From positions 3,459 to 67,458 of the forward strand of contig DAOUHZ010000161.1 in assembly GCA_034428455.1 (NCBI GenBank): DNA of 64,000 nt. The letters run 5' to 3'. The translations under genes were made by a program, and so were the position numbers. A model generated the notes under the pieces. That model was not told the DNA's origin. It did no database searches and worked only from the letters and a program-made list of their open reading frames with translations. Origin of the DNA: Dehalococcoidia bacterium. GTDB lineage: Bacteria; Chloroflexota; Dehalococcoidia; Lucifugimonadales; UBA3495. Shown in pieces: positions 26,981 through 35,190 of the stretch. Positions within the stretch are counted from its first letter, which is position 1; the number at the start of each line of letters is the position of its first letter.

Positions 26981-27052
26981 CGGCGCATCACAGCAGTTTT
27001 ATCTGCGTAATTCGTCGGCAAATCGCGTGTCGCACACCGGAGGTCGCAGGAA

Positions 27053-28312
27053 ATGGTTAGCACAATCAACGACAATCCGTTCTCCCTGGAAGCGATGTAC
27101 CAGCCCTACGAATTCTTCGCGCGTCTGCGCGATTGGGAGCCGGTGCACTACAACGAGGAGTATGAAGTCTGGATGGTCACGGACTGGGAGCACCTGGTAT
27201 GGGTGACCCGGCACCCGGAGGTCTTCTCGTCCAGCGTGTTCGCCCGGGACCCCCGGCCGCCGAACCCGCCCATCGACGAAGACGACATGGAGATCTACAA
27301 CTACATCAAGAAGTGGCAGGTTTCCCGGTTCATCCAGCACGACCAGAAGCGGTACAACCCCGGGGTCAGCGGTCCCGACCACGTGGACATGCGCCGGGTG
27401 ATGCATGGCTACTTCACCCCCAAGTCCATGGAGATGTGGCGGCCGCTAGTACAGTCCGCCATCGATGAATTGCTTGACGTAGTGCAGGAAAAAGGCCGCA
27501 TGGACGTGATGGCCGACCTGGCCACGCCGCTGCCCCTGCTGGTCATCGCCCGGATGCTGGGCATCCCGGACAGCGACCGCCCCATCATGCGCCGGCTGGC
27601 CAAGGATCTGCGTCACCTGAACCGGACGGGCCCGAACCGCATGGGTCCCTTGTCCGAATCGGTGCAAAATTTGCAGGACTACCTGGGTCCGTTGTGCGAC
27701 GAGCGCATCGCCAACCCCAAGGACGACCTGATCTCGGTGGTTGCCGAGGGGGCGCGTCGGGGCATTTTCGACCGCGACATGGTCGTGAACAACGTGATGC
27801 TGCTGCTGTCCGCAGGCCACGAGACCACCATCAACCTGATCTGCAACGGCACGCTGGCCTTCACCCAGCACCCGGACCAGTGGGAGATCCTGAAGTCGGA
27901 TCCCGAAGGCAAGACCGTGCGCGCCACCGAAGAATGCCTGCGGTACGACTCGCCGGTGAAGTCCATCCAGCGCATCGCCATGGAGGACATGGAGCTCAAC
28001 GGCCAGCAGATAAAGGAGAATGACCGGGTGCGGTGGTTCATCTCCGGGGCCAACCGCGACCCCAAGGTGTTCGACCGGGCGGACGACTTTGACGTCGAAC
28101 GCTACCCCAACATGCACGTGGCCTTCGGCAGCGGCATCCACCACTGCCTCGGCGCAACCCTGGCCCGCCTGGAAGGTCAGGAGATCTTCCGCAACCTGGC
28201 CAACCGCTTCGAGAGCCTGGAACTGGAAGTGCCGGCCGAGACGCTGGAATACGACCAGCTGATCGGCCTGCGGGCGCTGGAATCGCTGCCAGTGACGGTG
28301 ACCAACGCGTAA
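27053..28312 (+). CDS. Cytochrome P450 (paralog 2)
   Basis: LLLSAGHETTINLI, EECLRYDSP, HVAFGSGIHHCLGATLARLEGQE. Roughly four-fifths identical to paralog 3 by eye. Confidence 0.9.
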   Translation: MVSTINDNPFSLEAMYQPYEFFARLRDWEPVHYNEEYEVWMVTDWEHLVWVTRHPEVFSSSVFARDPRPPNPPIDEDDMEIYNYIKKWQVSRFIQHDQKRYNPGVSGPDHVDMRRVMHGYFTPKSMEMWRPLVQSAIDELLDVVQEKGRMDVMADLATPLPLLVIARMLGIPDSDRPIMRRLAKDLRHLNRTGPNRMGPLSESVQNLQDYLGPLCDERIANPKDDLISVVAEGARRGIFDRDMVVNNVMLLLSAGHETTINLICNGTLAFTQHPDQWEILKSDPEGKTVRATEECLRYDSPVKSIQRIAMEDMELNGQQIKENDRVRWFISGANRDPKVFDRADDFDVERYPNMHVAFGSGIHHCLGATLARLEGQEIFRNLANRFESLELEVPAETLEYDQLIGLRALESLPVTVTNA

Positions 28313-28340
28313 CCGCGCAACGTCGACATCAGGCGCTGCG

Positions 28341-28376
28341 GTGCGCCGGGGAAGTGGATAACCCTCCCCGGCGCAC
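28341..28376 (+). terminator. Stem-loop after P450-2
   Basis: 12-bp stem GTGCGCCGGGGA (28341-28352) / TCCCCGGCGCAC (28365-28376), then TCATTTAT. Confidence 0.5.
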
Positions 28377-28526
28377 TCATTTATGTTGCAGTCTGGGCGG
28401 CCGACGGACTGTTTGGTGCGCGAACGACTGCACTCCGCGCGAATATCGGTTATAATCGGCCAATCTGGAGGCGCTGCGGGCTGTTGGGCCGGCAGCGGTG
28501 TCAACGTACCACCGGAGGTACAACCA

Positions 28527-29798
28527 ATGGTAACCACCTTCAACGACAATCCGTTTTCACCGGAAGCGATCTATAAGCCGTATGATTTTTACAACCGGCT
28601 GCGAGAACACCAGCCGGTGTACTACAACGAGCAGCTCGAGGTGTGGATGATCACCTCGTGGGAGCATCTGGTGTGGGTCACCAGGCATCCGGAGGCGTTC
28701 TCGTCCAGCGTGTACGCCCGGGACACGCGCGCCCCGAACCCACCGATCGATGAAGACGACATGGAACTCTACAACTTCATCAAGAAGTGGCAGGTTTCCC
28801 GCTTCATCCAGCATGACCAGAAGCGGTACAACCCTGATGTCAGCGGCGCGGACCACATCGACATGCGGCGGGTGATGCACGGCTACTTCACCCCCAAGTC
28901 AATCGAAATGTGGCGGCCCCTGGTGCAATCGGCCATCGACGAGTTGCTGGACGCCGTGGAAGAGAAGGGTCGCATGGACGTGATGGCCGATCTGGCCACG
29001 CCGCTGCCCTTGCTGGTTATCGCCCGGATGCTGGGCATCCCAGACAGCGAGCGGGAGCGCCTGCGGGAACTGGCCAAAGACCTGCGGTTCCTCAACCGTG
29101 AAGGCCCCGACCGGATGAAGCCGCTAACCCAGGCCGTGCAAAACCTTCAGGACTTCATCGCGCCGATGGTGGAGGACCGGATCAGCAATCCCGAGAACTT
29201 TGATGCCACTGACCTGATGTCCGTGGTCTGCGAAGGCGAGCGGCAGGGCGTGTTCAATCGGGACATGACCGTCAACAACATCATGCTGTTGCTGTCCGCC
29301 GGACACGAGACCACCATCAACCTGATCTGCAACGGCACGCTGGCGTTCACCCAGCACCCGGACCAGTGGGGCATCCTGAAGTCCGATCCGGAAGGCAAGA
29401 CCGTCCGCGCCACCGAAGAAGCCCTGCGCTACGACTCGCCGGTGCGGTCAATCCAGCGCATCGCTATGGATGACATCGAGCTGAACGGCCAGTTGATCAA
29501 GAAGGATGACCGGGTCCGCTGGTTCATTCCCGGGGCCAACCGCGACCCCAAGGTTTTTGACCGCGCCGATGACTTTGACATCGAGCGGTACCCGAACCAG
29601 CACGTCGCCTTCGGCAGCGGTGTCCATCACTGCCTGGGCGCCACGCTGGCGCGCCTGGAGGGTCAGGAGATCTTCCGCAACCTGGCCAACCGCTTCGAGA
29701 AAGTCGAGCTGGAGATCCCGGTGGAACAGGTGGAATACGACCACGTGCTCACCTTCCGCGCGGTGGAGAGCCTCCCGGTGAAGGTGACCAGCGCCTAG
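28527..29798 (+). CDS. Cytochrome P450 (paralog 3)
   Basis: Start at ATG 28527 (MVTTFNDNPFSPEAI, same N-terminus as paralogs 1 and 2), preceded by GGAGG. LLLSAGHETTINLI. HVAFGSGVHHCLGATLARLEGQE. Confidence 0.9.
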   Translation: MVTTFNDNPFSPEAIYKPYDFYNRLREHQPVYYNEQLEVWMITSWEHLVWVTRHPEAFSSSVYARDTRAPNPPIDEDDMELYNFIKKWQVSRFIQHDQKRYNPDVSGADHIDMRRVMHGYFTPKSIEMWRPLVQSAIDELLDAVEEKGRMDVMADLATPLPLLVIARMLGIPDSERERLRELAKDLRFLNREGPDRMKPLTQAVQNLQDFIAPMVEDRISNPENFDATDLMSVVCEGERQGVFNRDMTVNNIMLLLSAGHETTINLICNGTLAFTQHPDQWGILKSDPEGKTVRATEEALRYDSPVRSIQRIAMDDIELNGQLIKKDDRVRWFIPGANRDPKVFDRADDFDIERYPNQHVAFGSGVHHCLGATLARLEGQEIFRNLANRFEKVELEIPVEQVEYDHVLTFRAVESLPVKVTSA

Positions 29799-29825
29799 CC
29801 TTCATCATCCGCGTCGCACGTAAAG

Positions 29826-29856
29826 AGCCGGTGGCCCCTTTCAATGGCCACCGGCT
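29826..29856. terminator. Convergent (bidirectional) terminator hairpin between P450-3 and the minus-strand cassette
   Basis: 11-bp stem AGCCGGTGGCC (29826-29836) / GGCCACCGGCT (29846-29856). Followed by TGTCTTGTC on the plus strand and CTCTTTAC on the minus strand. Confidence 0.5.
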
Positions 29857-29881
29857 TGTCTTGTCGGCTCGGACTAAACGG

Positions 29882-30130
29882 TTAGTGATCAGTGTAGAGA
29901 GATTCCAAGGCAGCCTCGATTTCAACGCGGCTGATGCCGATTTTTGACAAGTTGAATGCCAGGTCGTCAAACGGCACGTCCCAGCCATCAACAACCACGG
30001 TGATGACATCGTCACCTGTTGCGCTGATATAGACTGCATACCCTCCGAAGCGTTCTATTTCCTCTATGCCGAGCCGGGCGAGTATCCCGCTCACTTCAAG
30101 CCAGTTCAGGTTAGCGCCATCAGGTGGCAA
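29882..30130 (-). CDS. Hypothetical 82-aa protein, partner of the HicB-like gene (weak HicA/YcfA-like resemblance only)
   Basis: Overlaps the upstream gene by 11 nt. Visibly lower G+C than the flanking P450 genes. GILARLGIEEIERFGGYAVY...VITVVVDGWDVPFDDLAFNLSKIGISRVEIEAAL has a HicA-like layout but no GSH-type His. Confidence 0.4.
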   Translation of the reverse strand: MPPDGANLNWLEVSGILARLGIEEIERFGGYAVYISATGDDVITVVVDGWDVPFDDLAFNLSKIGISRVEIEAALESLYTDH

Positions 30131-30479
30131 TCAGCACCTCTTCAAGGCTCACTTCGGCTGCTAGGCCTTCACGATAAGCGGCGATGTCCTCCTGGAGAGG
30201 TAATGTAGCGAACCCCGTTTGACAGGTCGTATTCTGGCCGTCCCCCTGGTTGCTGTAATAGCGTACCTGGCGTTTTTCTAGAAAACGACCGATGGCTTCC
30301 ATGTTGCCATGAAAGCTGCCCAGCAACGCGGTCAATGCCTTGTTCACTTCCAACCGGGCAGCTTGGCGTGTTTCACCGTAAACTGTGAACCCGAACTGAG
30401 GGGAGCGGCAGGCCCAGCGGTCCGATCTTTTCTCGGTCTCTACCGTAATGTGCATTGAGATTTTAGCCATCGCCTTCAT
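30120..30479 (-). CDS. HicB-like / DUF1902-like (UPF0150 fold) protein
   Basis: ISMHITVETEKRSDRWACRSPQFGFTVYGETRQAARLEVNKALTALL fits the HicB N-domain pattern (..W.A.SP...G....GET.eEA......A...ll). Lower G+C. TGTTACAAT extended -10 and a GGGAG RBS lie upstream. Confidence 0.45.
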   Translation of the reverse strand: MKAMAKISMHITVETEKRSDRWACRSPQFGFTVYGETRQAARLEVNKALTALLGSFHGNMEAIGRFLEKRQVRYYSNQGDGQNTTCQTGFATLPLQEDIAAYREGLAAEVSLEEVLIAT

Positions 30480-30570
30480 CTCCCAATTTCCATATCATTT
30501 GCAGTTTGAATTGTAACATCGCTTGTGATAATTTTGACCTCAGCCCGGCCCGCAGTATGAGGGATTGACC

Positions 30571-31800
30571 ATGCCCCCCAGCATCCACGACGACCTGTTC
30601 GCCGCCGAGGCGATCCGCGATCCGTACGGCTATTTTGGAGCCCTGCGGGCCGAAGCGCCGGTTCACTGGAACGAGCAGTACCAGATGTGGGTGGTAACCA
30701 GCTACGAGCGGTTGGTGTGGACGGCCCGGCATCCGGAATACTTCTCCTCCGAAGTGGCGCTGCGGGACAACGCCCCGCCTTCTCCGTCTATTCCGGAAGA
30801 GGACATGGAACTGTTCGCCGCAGTGCGTCAGTGGCGGGCCGCCCAGTTCACCCAGAATGATGGCGCCAAGCACAAGGAAAAGCGCAAGATTGTTCATGGG
30901 TACTTCACTCCGAAAGCCATGGAGACCTGGCGTCCGCTGGTCCGCCAGACCGTGAACGACCTGTTGGACGATCTTCAGGGCGCGGGCCGCATGGACGTAA
31001 TGCACGATTTCGCCACGCCGCTGACGTACAGCATCATCGCCAGCCTGATGGACATACCGCCCAGCGACCGGAATTTCGTCAAGGAATTGTGCGGCCGGAT
31101 GTGCGGGTTCGACGGCAACCAACCGGACCGGATCCGCATGTACGCGGAGGGAGTGCAAGCCGTTACCGATTACCTCGCCCCCATCGTGGCCGAGCGCGTC
31201 CGGGAGCCTGGCGACGACCTGCTGTCGGTGATCTGCAAAGGCGAGATCATGGGCGCCTACACCCGGGACGAGGTGTTAGCGAACGCGCTGCTGCTGCTGG
31301 TCGCCGGACACGAAACCACCAACGACCTGATTTCCAACGGAGTGCTGGCCTTCGCCCAACACTCCGACCAGTTTGACCTGCTGAGAACCGACCCTGACGC
31401 CCACATCGTAAACGCCGTGGAAGAAGTACTGCGGTACGATTCGCCCCTGAAATCCATCCAGCGAGTCGCGACGCGGGATGTGGATATGGGCGACGGCCAG
31501 CGCGTGGGCAAGGACGACCGCGTTCGGTGGGTGATTTCGTCGGCCAACCGGGATCCCGAGGTTTTCGAAGAGCCGGACGGCCTGGATATCACGCGAAACC
31601 CGAACCCCCACGTGGCCTTCGGCAGCGGCGTTCACCACTGCCTGGGGGCGACCCTGGCGCGGTTGGAGGGACAGGAAGCCTTCGCCGAATTGGCCCGCCG
31701 CTTCGAGGGATTCGAGCTGGAAACCGATCCCAACGAGTTGGAATACCTGCCCAGCGTGGGGCAGCGCACCCTGCTGAACCTGCCGGTTGCGACACGCTAG
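30571..31800 (+). CDS. Cytochrome P450 (paralog 4)
   Basis: LLLVAGHETTNDLI, EEVLRYDSP, HVAFGSGVHHCLGATLARLEGQE. I prefer ATG 30571 over the TTG at 30565. Confidence 0.9.
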   Translation: MPPSIHDDLFAAEAIRDPYGYFGALRAEAPVHWNEQYQMWVVTSYERLVWTARHPEYFSSEVALRDNAPPSPSIPEEDMELFAAVRQWRAAQFTQNDGAKHKEKRKIVHGYFTPKAMETWRPLVRQTVNDLLDDLQGAGRMDVMHDFATPLTYSIIASLMDIPPSDRNFVKELCGRMCGFDGNQPDRIRMYAEGVQAVTDYLAPIVAERVREPGDDLLSVICKGEIMGAYTRDEVLANALLLLVAGHETTNDLISNGVLAFAQHSDQFDLLRTDPDAHIVNAVEEVLRYDSPLKSIQRVATRDVDMGDGQRVGKDDRVRWVISSANRDPEVFEEPDGLDITRNPNPHVAFGSGVHHCLGATLARLEGQEAFAELARRFEGFELETDPNELEYLPSVGQRTLLNLPVATR

Positions 31801-31869
31801 CAGCCGGCCGCCGCAATCGATATAGCGAACACTCTCGGTTCGCCTGACCATCACGAGGAGGTTACCCCG

Positions 31870-32094
31870 ATGGCCCGACAGTTGAAAATCACCGTGGACT
31901 ACAACGTGTGCGTGGGCAACGCCATGTGCGAGACCTTCGCGGAAAACACCTTTGGCCTGAACGATGACCGTCAGTCTTACGTCAAGGACCCGGCCGGCGA
32001 CCCCGAGGACACCATCATCGAAGCAGCTGAGAACTGCCCGGTTACGGCCATCACCGTGGAAGACGCGGAGACCGGGGAGATTTTGTTCCCGTAG
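31870..32094 (+). CDS. Small single-cluster ferredoxin (P450 redox-partner type)
   Basis: 74 aa. VDYNVCVGNAMCETFAENTF...AAENCPVTAITVED (CxxxxC...CP cluster ligands). GAGGAGG RBS. 69 nt after P450-4. Confidence 0.75.
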   Translation: MARQLKITVDYNVCVGNAMCETFAENTFGLNDDRQSYVKDPAGDPEDTIIEAAENCPVTAITVEDAETGEILFP

Positions 32095-32121
32095 AAAGTC
32101 CGCATCCAACCGGATACCGTG

Positions 32122-32152
32122 GGGGCGAATGATTATTCGCCCCTACATTTTT
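32122..32152 (+). terminator. Intrinsic terminator after the ferredoxin gene
   Basis: GGGGCGAAT (32122-32130), loop GATT, ATTCGCCCC (32135-32143), then TACATTTTTG. Overlaps the last codons of the convergent LLM gene. Confidence 0.6.
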
Positions 32153-33144
32153 GCGACCACTTCCTCGCCGAACCTGCGAATAATATCCGCCGGATCATGG
32201 CTGATGGCGGTGATCTGCAAAACGTCGGCGCCGGACGCGCCGATCTGGACAACCTTGGCGCGGCATTCCTCGGGAGTGCCAACCACGGCGAACCGGTCGG
32301 CCAGATAGTCGGTCACGCCGAGCTCATCCGATAACGCGGCGTTGCGCGTCTCGCCAACCTGCTCGTGTTCCGCCGGAACGTACTCCCCCTGGATGATCTG
32401 CATCGCCTCGTGAAGCTCGGGCGGGACGTGCTTGCCTTCCAAAGTGAAGCGGAAGGCGTGATGCGCGCTGGCGGCGAGGGCCATGCGGATCTCGTCGATT
32501 GCGGCGGCATGGTCATCTGCAATGTTGCACTTGGCGAAGGCCCAGACCTCCGTGGACCCCGCCGGCTTGCCCGCGTCGGCCTCGCCTTCTCGGATGCGCG
32601 ACACAGTGTCATCCAATATCTCCCGCGTCAGACCGGTGTGGATCATCACCCGGTCGGCGATTTCGCCGGCCATGCGCAAAGTCTGCGGGCCTTCCGCCGA
32701 CATCATGATGGGCACCGAGTTATTGCTCCAGCGCACGTGGCCCTCGCGACCCAGGTACTCCGCAGTTTCCCCGGCCAGGAAGGCGCGGACGGCAGCCACG
32801 TAGTTACCCAACGCCCGCATACGCGCTGGCCGGAGCCCCAAGTTCAGGATCGCGCTGTCGCCGGTGCCAATGCCAAGAAACGCCCGTCCCTCCGACAGCT
32901 CCTGTAGCGACGCGATTGCTGAAGCGGTCACCGCCGGATGTCGGGTCAGCGGATTGGTAACCGACGGCCCAAGGTGGACTCGCGAGGTGTCGGTGGCGGC
33001 CACGGCCAGGGAGACGAAAAGCTCGCGGAAGAGCGATTGCGAGTCCGCGACGCCGATGTAGTCGAATCCGACATCCTCGGCCAGGCGAACGTGCCGACGA
33101 AAGGACTCGTAGGAACTGGGCAGGAGGGTTACGCCGTATTTCAT
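32143..33144 (-). CDS. Luciferase-like monooxygenase / F420-dependent oxidoreductase (LLM class)
   Basis: MKYGVTLLPS...VGFDYIGVADSQS...LGPSVTNPLTRHPAVTASAIASLQELSEGRAFLGIGTGDS. Start is uncertain: ATG 33144 (4 nt after the rmuC stop), or 33171 / 33180. Confidence 0.8.
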   Translation of the reverse strand: MKYGVTLLPSSYESFRRHVRLAEDVGFDYIGVADSQSLFRELFVSLAVAATDTSRVHLGPSVTNPLTRHPAVTASAIASLQELSEGRAFLGIGTGDSAILNLGLRPARMRALGNYVAAVRAFLAGETAEYLGREGHVRWSNNSVPIMMSAEGPQTLRMAGEIADRVMIHTGLTREILDDTVSRIREGEADAGKPAGSTEVWAFAKCNIADDHAAAIDEIRMALAASAHHAFRFTLEGKHVPPELHEAMQIIQGEYVPAEHEQVGETRNAALSDELGVTDYLADRFAVVGTPEECRAKVVQIGASGADVLQITAISHDPADIIRRFGEEVVAKM

Positions 33145-33148
33145 TGCT

Positions 33149-34402
33149 TTAAGCCGCTCTTGAGTGGTCATCCGGGGCAAACGTCAGCCGCCGCACGTTG
33201 TCCGATATAATTTCGGGAGGATGGAGATTTCCGGGATCCCCCACGCCTAACTCGGCCATTCGGCGCGCCGAGACCATTACGCTGCTTTCCAAAGTTCCCA
33301 CGGTAGTATTGAAGGCAGTGACCGTTTGATTTATGCGCTGCCGCAAAGTCGAGTAATTATCGACGAAGCGTAGTAGCCGTTGGTGCATTTCGGCGCCAAT
33401 GACGCGGATTTGTTCCGCGTTTTGAGCCAGTTCCTGTTGCTGCCAACCATTGTTCACAGCCCAGAGCATAGCGATCAGCGATGCCGGCGTGGCAATTGCC
33501 ACCCGACGACTCATCGCATACTCAACCAGATCAGGACTGGATTTCAGTGCCGCTGCCAGGAACTGGTCCCCTGGCACGAACATCACTACGAAGTCCAGAG
33601 CTCCGTCAACCTTGTCGCCGTACCGCTTGCTGCTCAAGCCGTTAACTTGATTCCGCAGCGCGCCGGCGTGCCGCTGCCAGGCTGCATCAGCAACTGCTTC
33701 ATCACCTGCCTGACTGGCTTCCATGTAGGCGGCCGTGGATGCTTTGGCATCTACCACTATGGCTCGGCGCTCGGGCAAGTTAATTACCATGTCAGGACGG
33801 TCCTGAGAGTTCCCGGTGGTTTCCTGTTCCGAGAAATCGCAGTATGAGGTCATGCCGGCCAAATCAACAACCCGCCGCAATTGAATCTCTCCCCAATTCC
33901 CCACCGCACGATTGTCACCGCGCAGAGCGCCGGACAAATTTGCCGTTTCGGCAGTTATTGAATGCAACTGCTCCCCCAGCTGCTCAATTTTGGGGTTGAG
34001 GTTGCCATAGTTTTCCACTAGAGGTTGGACCAGTGTCTGAAACTGCTGGTGCCGTTGGTCGAACTCATTGCGGGCGCGTTCCAGATTCTGGCCCATGCTT
34101 TCGTTGGCCAATTGCAGGAATTGGTTGTTGCTGTTTTGCAGAACCTTGCTCGCCGTCGCCTCAAATTCTATTCCCAGCTGCTCTTTGGCATTGTCAACAA
34201 TCTCCTGCGCAGTCGTCATCTGTTCCAGACGGCCATTCAACTCGGCAACTCTTTCTCGATGCGTGTTTTCCTGGTCTCGATGGGCGGTTTCCAGGCTTGC
34301 TATCTTGCGATGGTCAAGTATGCTGACTACAACGTAGCCGATGATAAGGCCAATCACCAAGCCAATGCCGACGCCAGCGATAAGTTCAATAGATATTTCC
34401 AT
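33149..34402 (-). CDS. rmuC: DNA recombination protein RmuC
   Basis: N-terminal TM helix, long coiled coil, and the C-terminal RmuC nuclease-like block RPDMVINLPERRAIVVDAKAS...FVVMFVPGDQFL. Confidence 0.8.
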   Translation of the reverse strand: MEISIELIAGVGIGLVIGLIIGYVVVSILDHRKIASLETAHRDQENTHRERVAELNGRLEQMTTAQEIVDNAKEQLGIEFEATASKVLQNSNNQFLQLANESMGQNLERARNEFDQRHQQFQTLVQPLVENYGNLNPKIEQLGEQLHSITAETANLSGALRGDNRAVGNWGEIQLRRVVDLAGMTSYCDFSEQETTGNSQDRPDMVINLPERRAIVVDAKASTAAYMEASQAGDEAVADAAWQRHAGALRNQVNGLSSKRYGDKVDGALDFVVMFVPGDQFLAAALKSSPDLVEYAMSRRVAIATPASLIAMLWAVNNGWQQQELAQNAEQIRVIGAEMHQRLLRFVDNYSTLRQRINQTVTAFNTTVGTLESSVMVSARRMAELGVGDPGNLHPPEIISDNVRRLTFAPDDHSRAA

Positions 34403-34564
34403 TGGTGAACCTCCGATTTGGCATTCTCCAACTCTCTCCGGATTTTATCAAACTGACGCGCCGCCGCCCAATCTGTGGCCGCAGTCTGGCAACAACGAGG
34501 TTCTGGGCTGGACGCTATACTATACACGTCTCACGCTTTCTGACGGCGCGATGGAGGCCAGGCC

Positions 34565-35125
34565 ATGACTACCGCACGGAAACTGCTCACCGCCGACGAC
34601 CTGCTGGCAATGCCCGACGACGGGAACCGCTACGAGTTGGCTCGGGGGGAACTGATAACAATGCCGCCGCCCGGCTTCATGCACACGATAGTCACCGACA
34701 ACTTCGGCTTTTACACAAGAAGCTTTGTGCGGCAAATCGGCTTGCCCTACATAGGCGGACCGGAAGCTGCCGCCTACATCGAGCAGAACCCCGACACGGT
34801 GCGCGCCGCCGATTACGCCATTTACTCCCTACAGGATCTGGCCGATCCCCCGCCGGATCGCGGCTATATCCCCGGTCTCGTTCCCGTTCTGGTGGTGGAA
34901 GTGATTTCTCCGGGCTACCGTTCGGCTGCCGGCATCGCCGACCGAGTGCGGATGTGGCTGGAGGCCGGCGTACAGCTGGTTGTGATCGCCCATATCACCA
35001 CCCGCGAAATCGTCACCTATGGCAGCGACGGCGCGGAGCACACCTTCAACGCTGGAGACACCCTCACTCTGGAACCGATACTCACCGGTTTCGCCTGCCC
35101 AGTGGACGATATTTTCGCCGTCTAA
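34565..35125 (+). CDS. Uma2-family (DUF820) putative endonuclease
   Basis: LTADDLLAMPDDGNRYELARGELITMPPPGFMH...PDTVRAADYAIY...PGLVPVLVVEVISPG are typical Uma2 motifs. Confidence 0.75.
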   Translation: MTTARKLLTADDLLAMPDDGNRYELARGELITMPPPGFMHTIVTDNFGFYTRSFVRQIGLPYIGGPEAAAYIEQNPDTVRAADYAIYSLQDLADPPPDRGYIPGLVPVLVVEVISPGYRSAAGIADRVRMWLEAGVQLVVIAHITTREIVTYGSDGAEHTFNAGDTLTLEPILTGFACPVDDIFAV

Positions 35126-35141
35126 CCTCCTCCCATCCAAC

Positions 35142-35170
35142 CCGGATTCCGGCTTTCGCTGGAATGATGG
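35142..35170. repeat. Family-A hairpin repeat, single degenerate unit
   Basis: CCGGATTCCGGCTTTCGCTGGAATGATGG, between the convergent Uma2 and aroC genes. Confidence 0.6.
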
Positions 35171-35190
35171 AAGACTGGAGACGGAGATCC

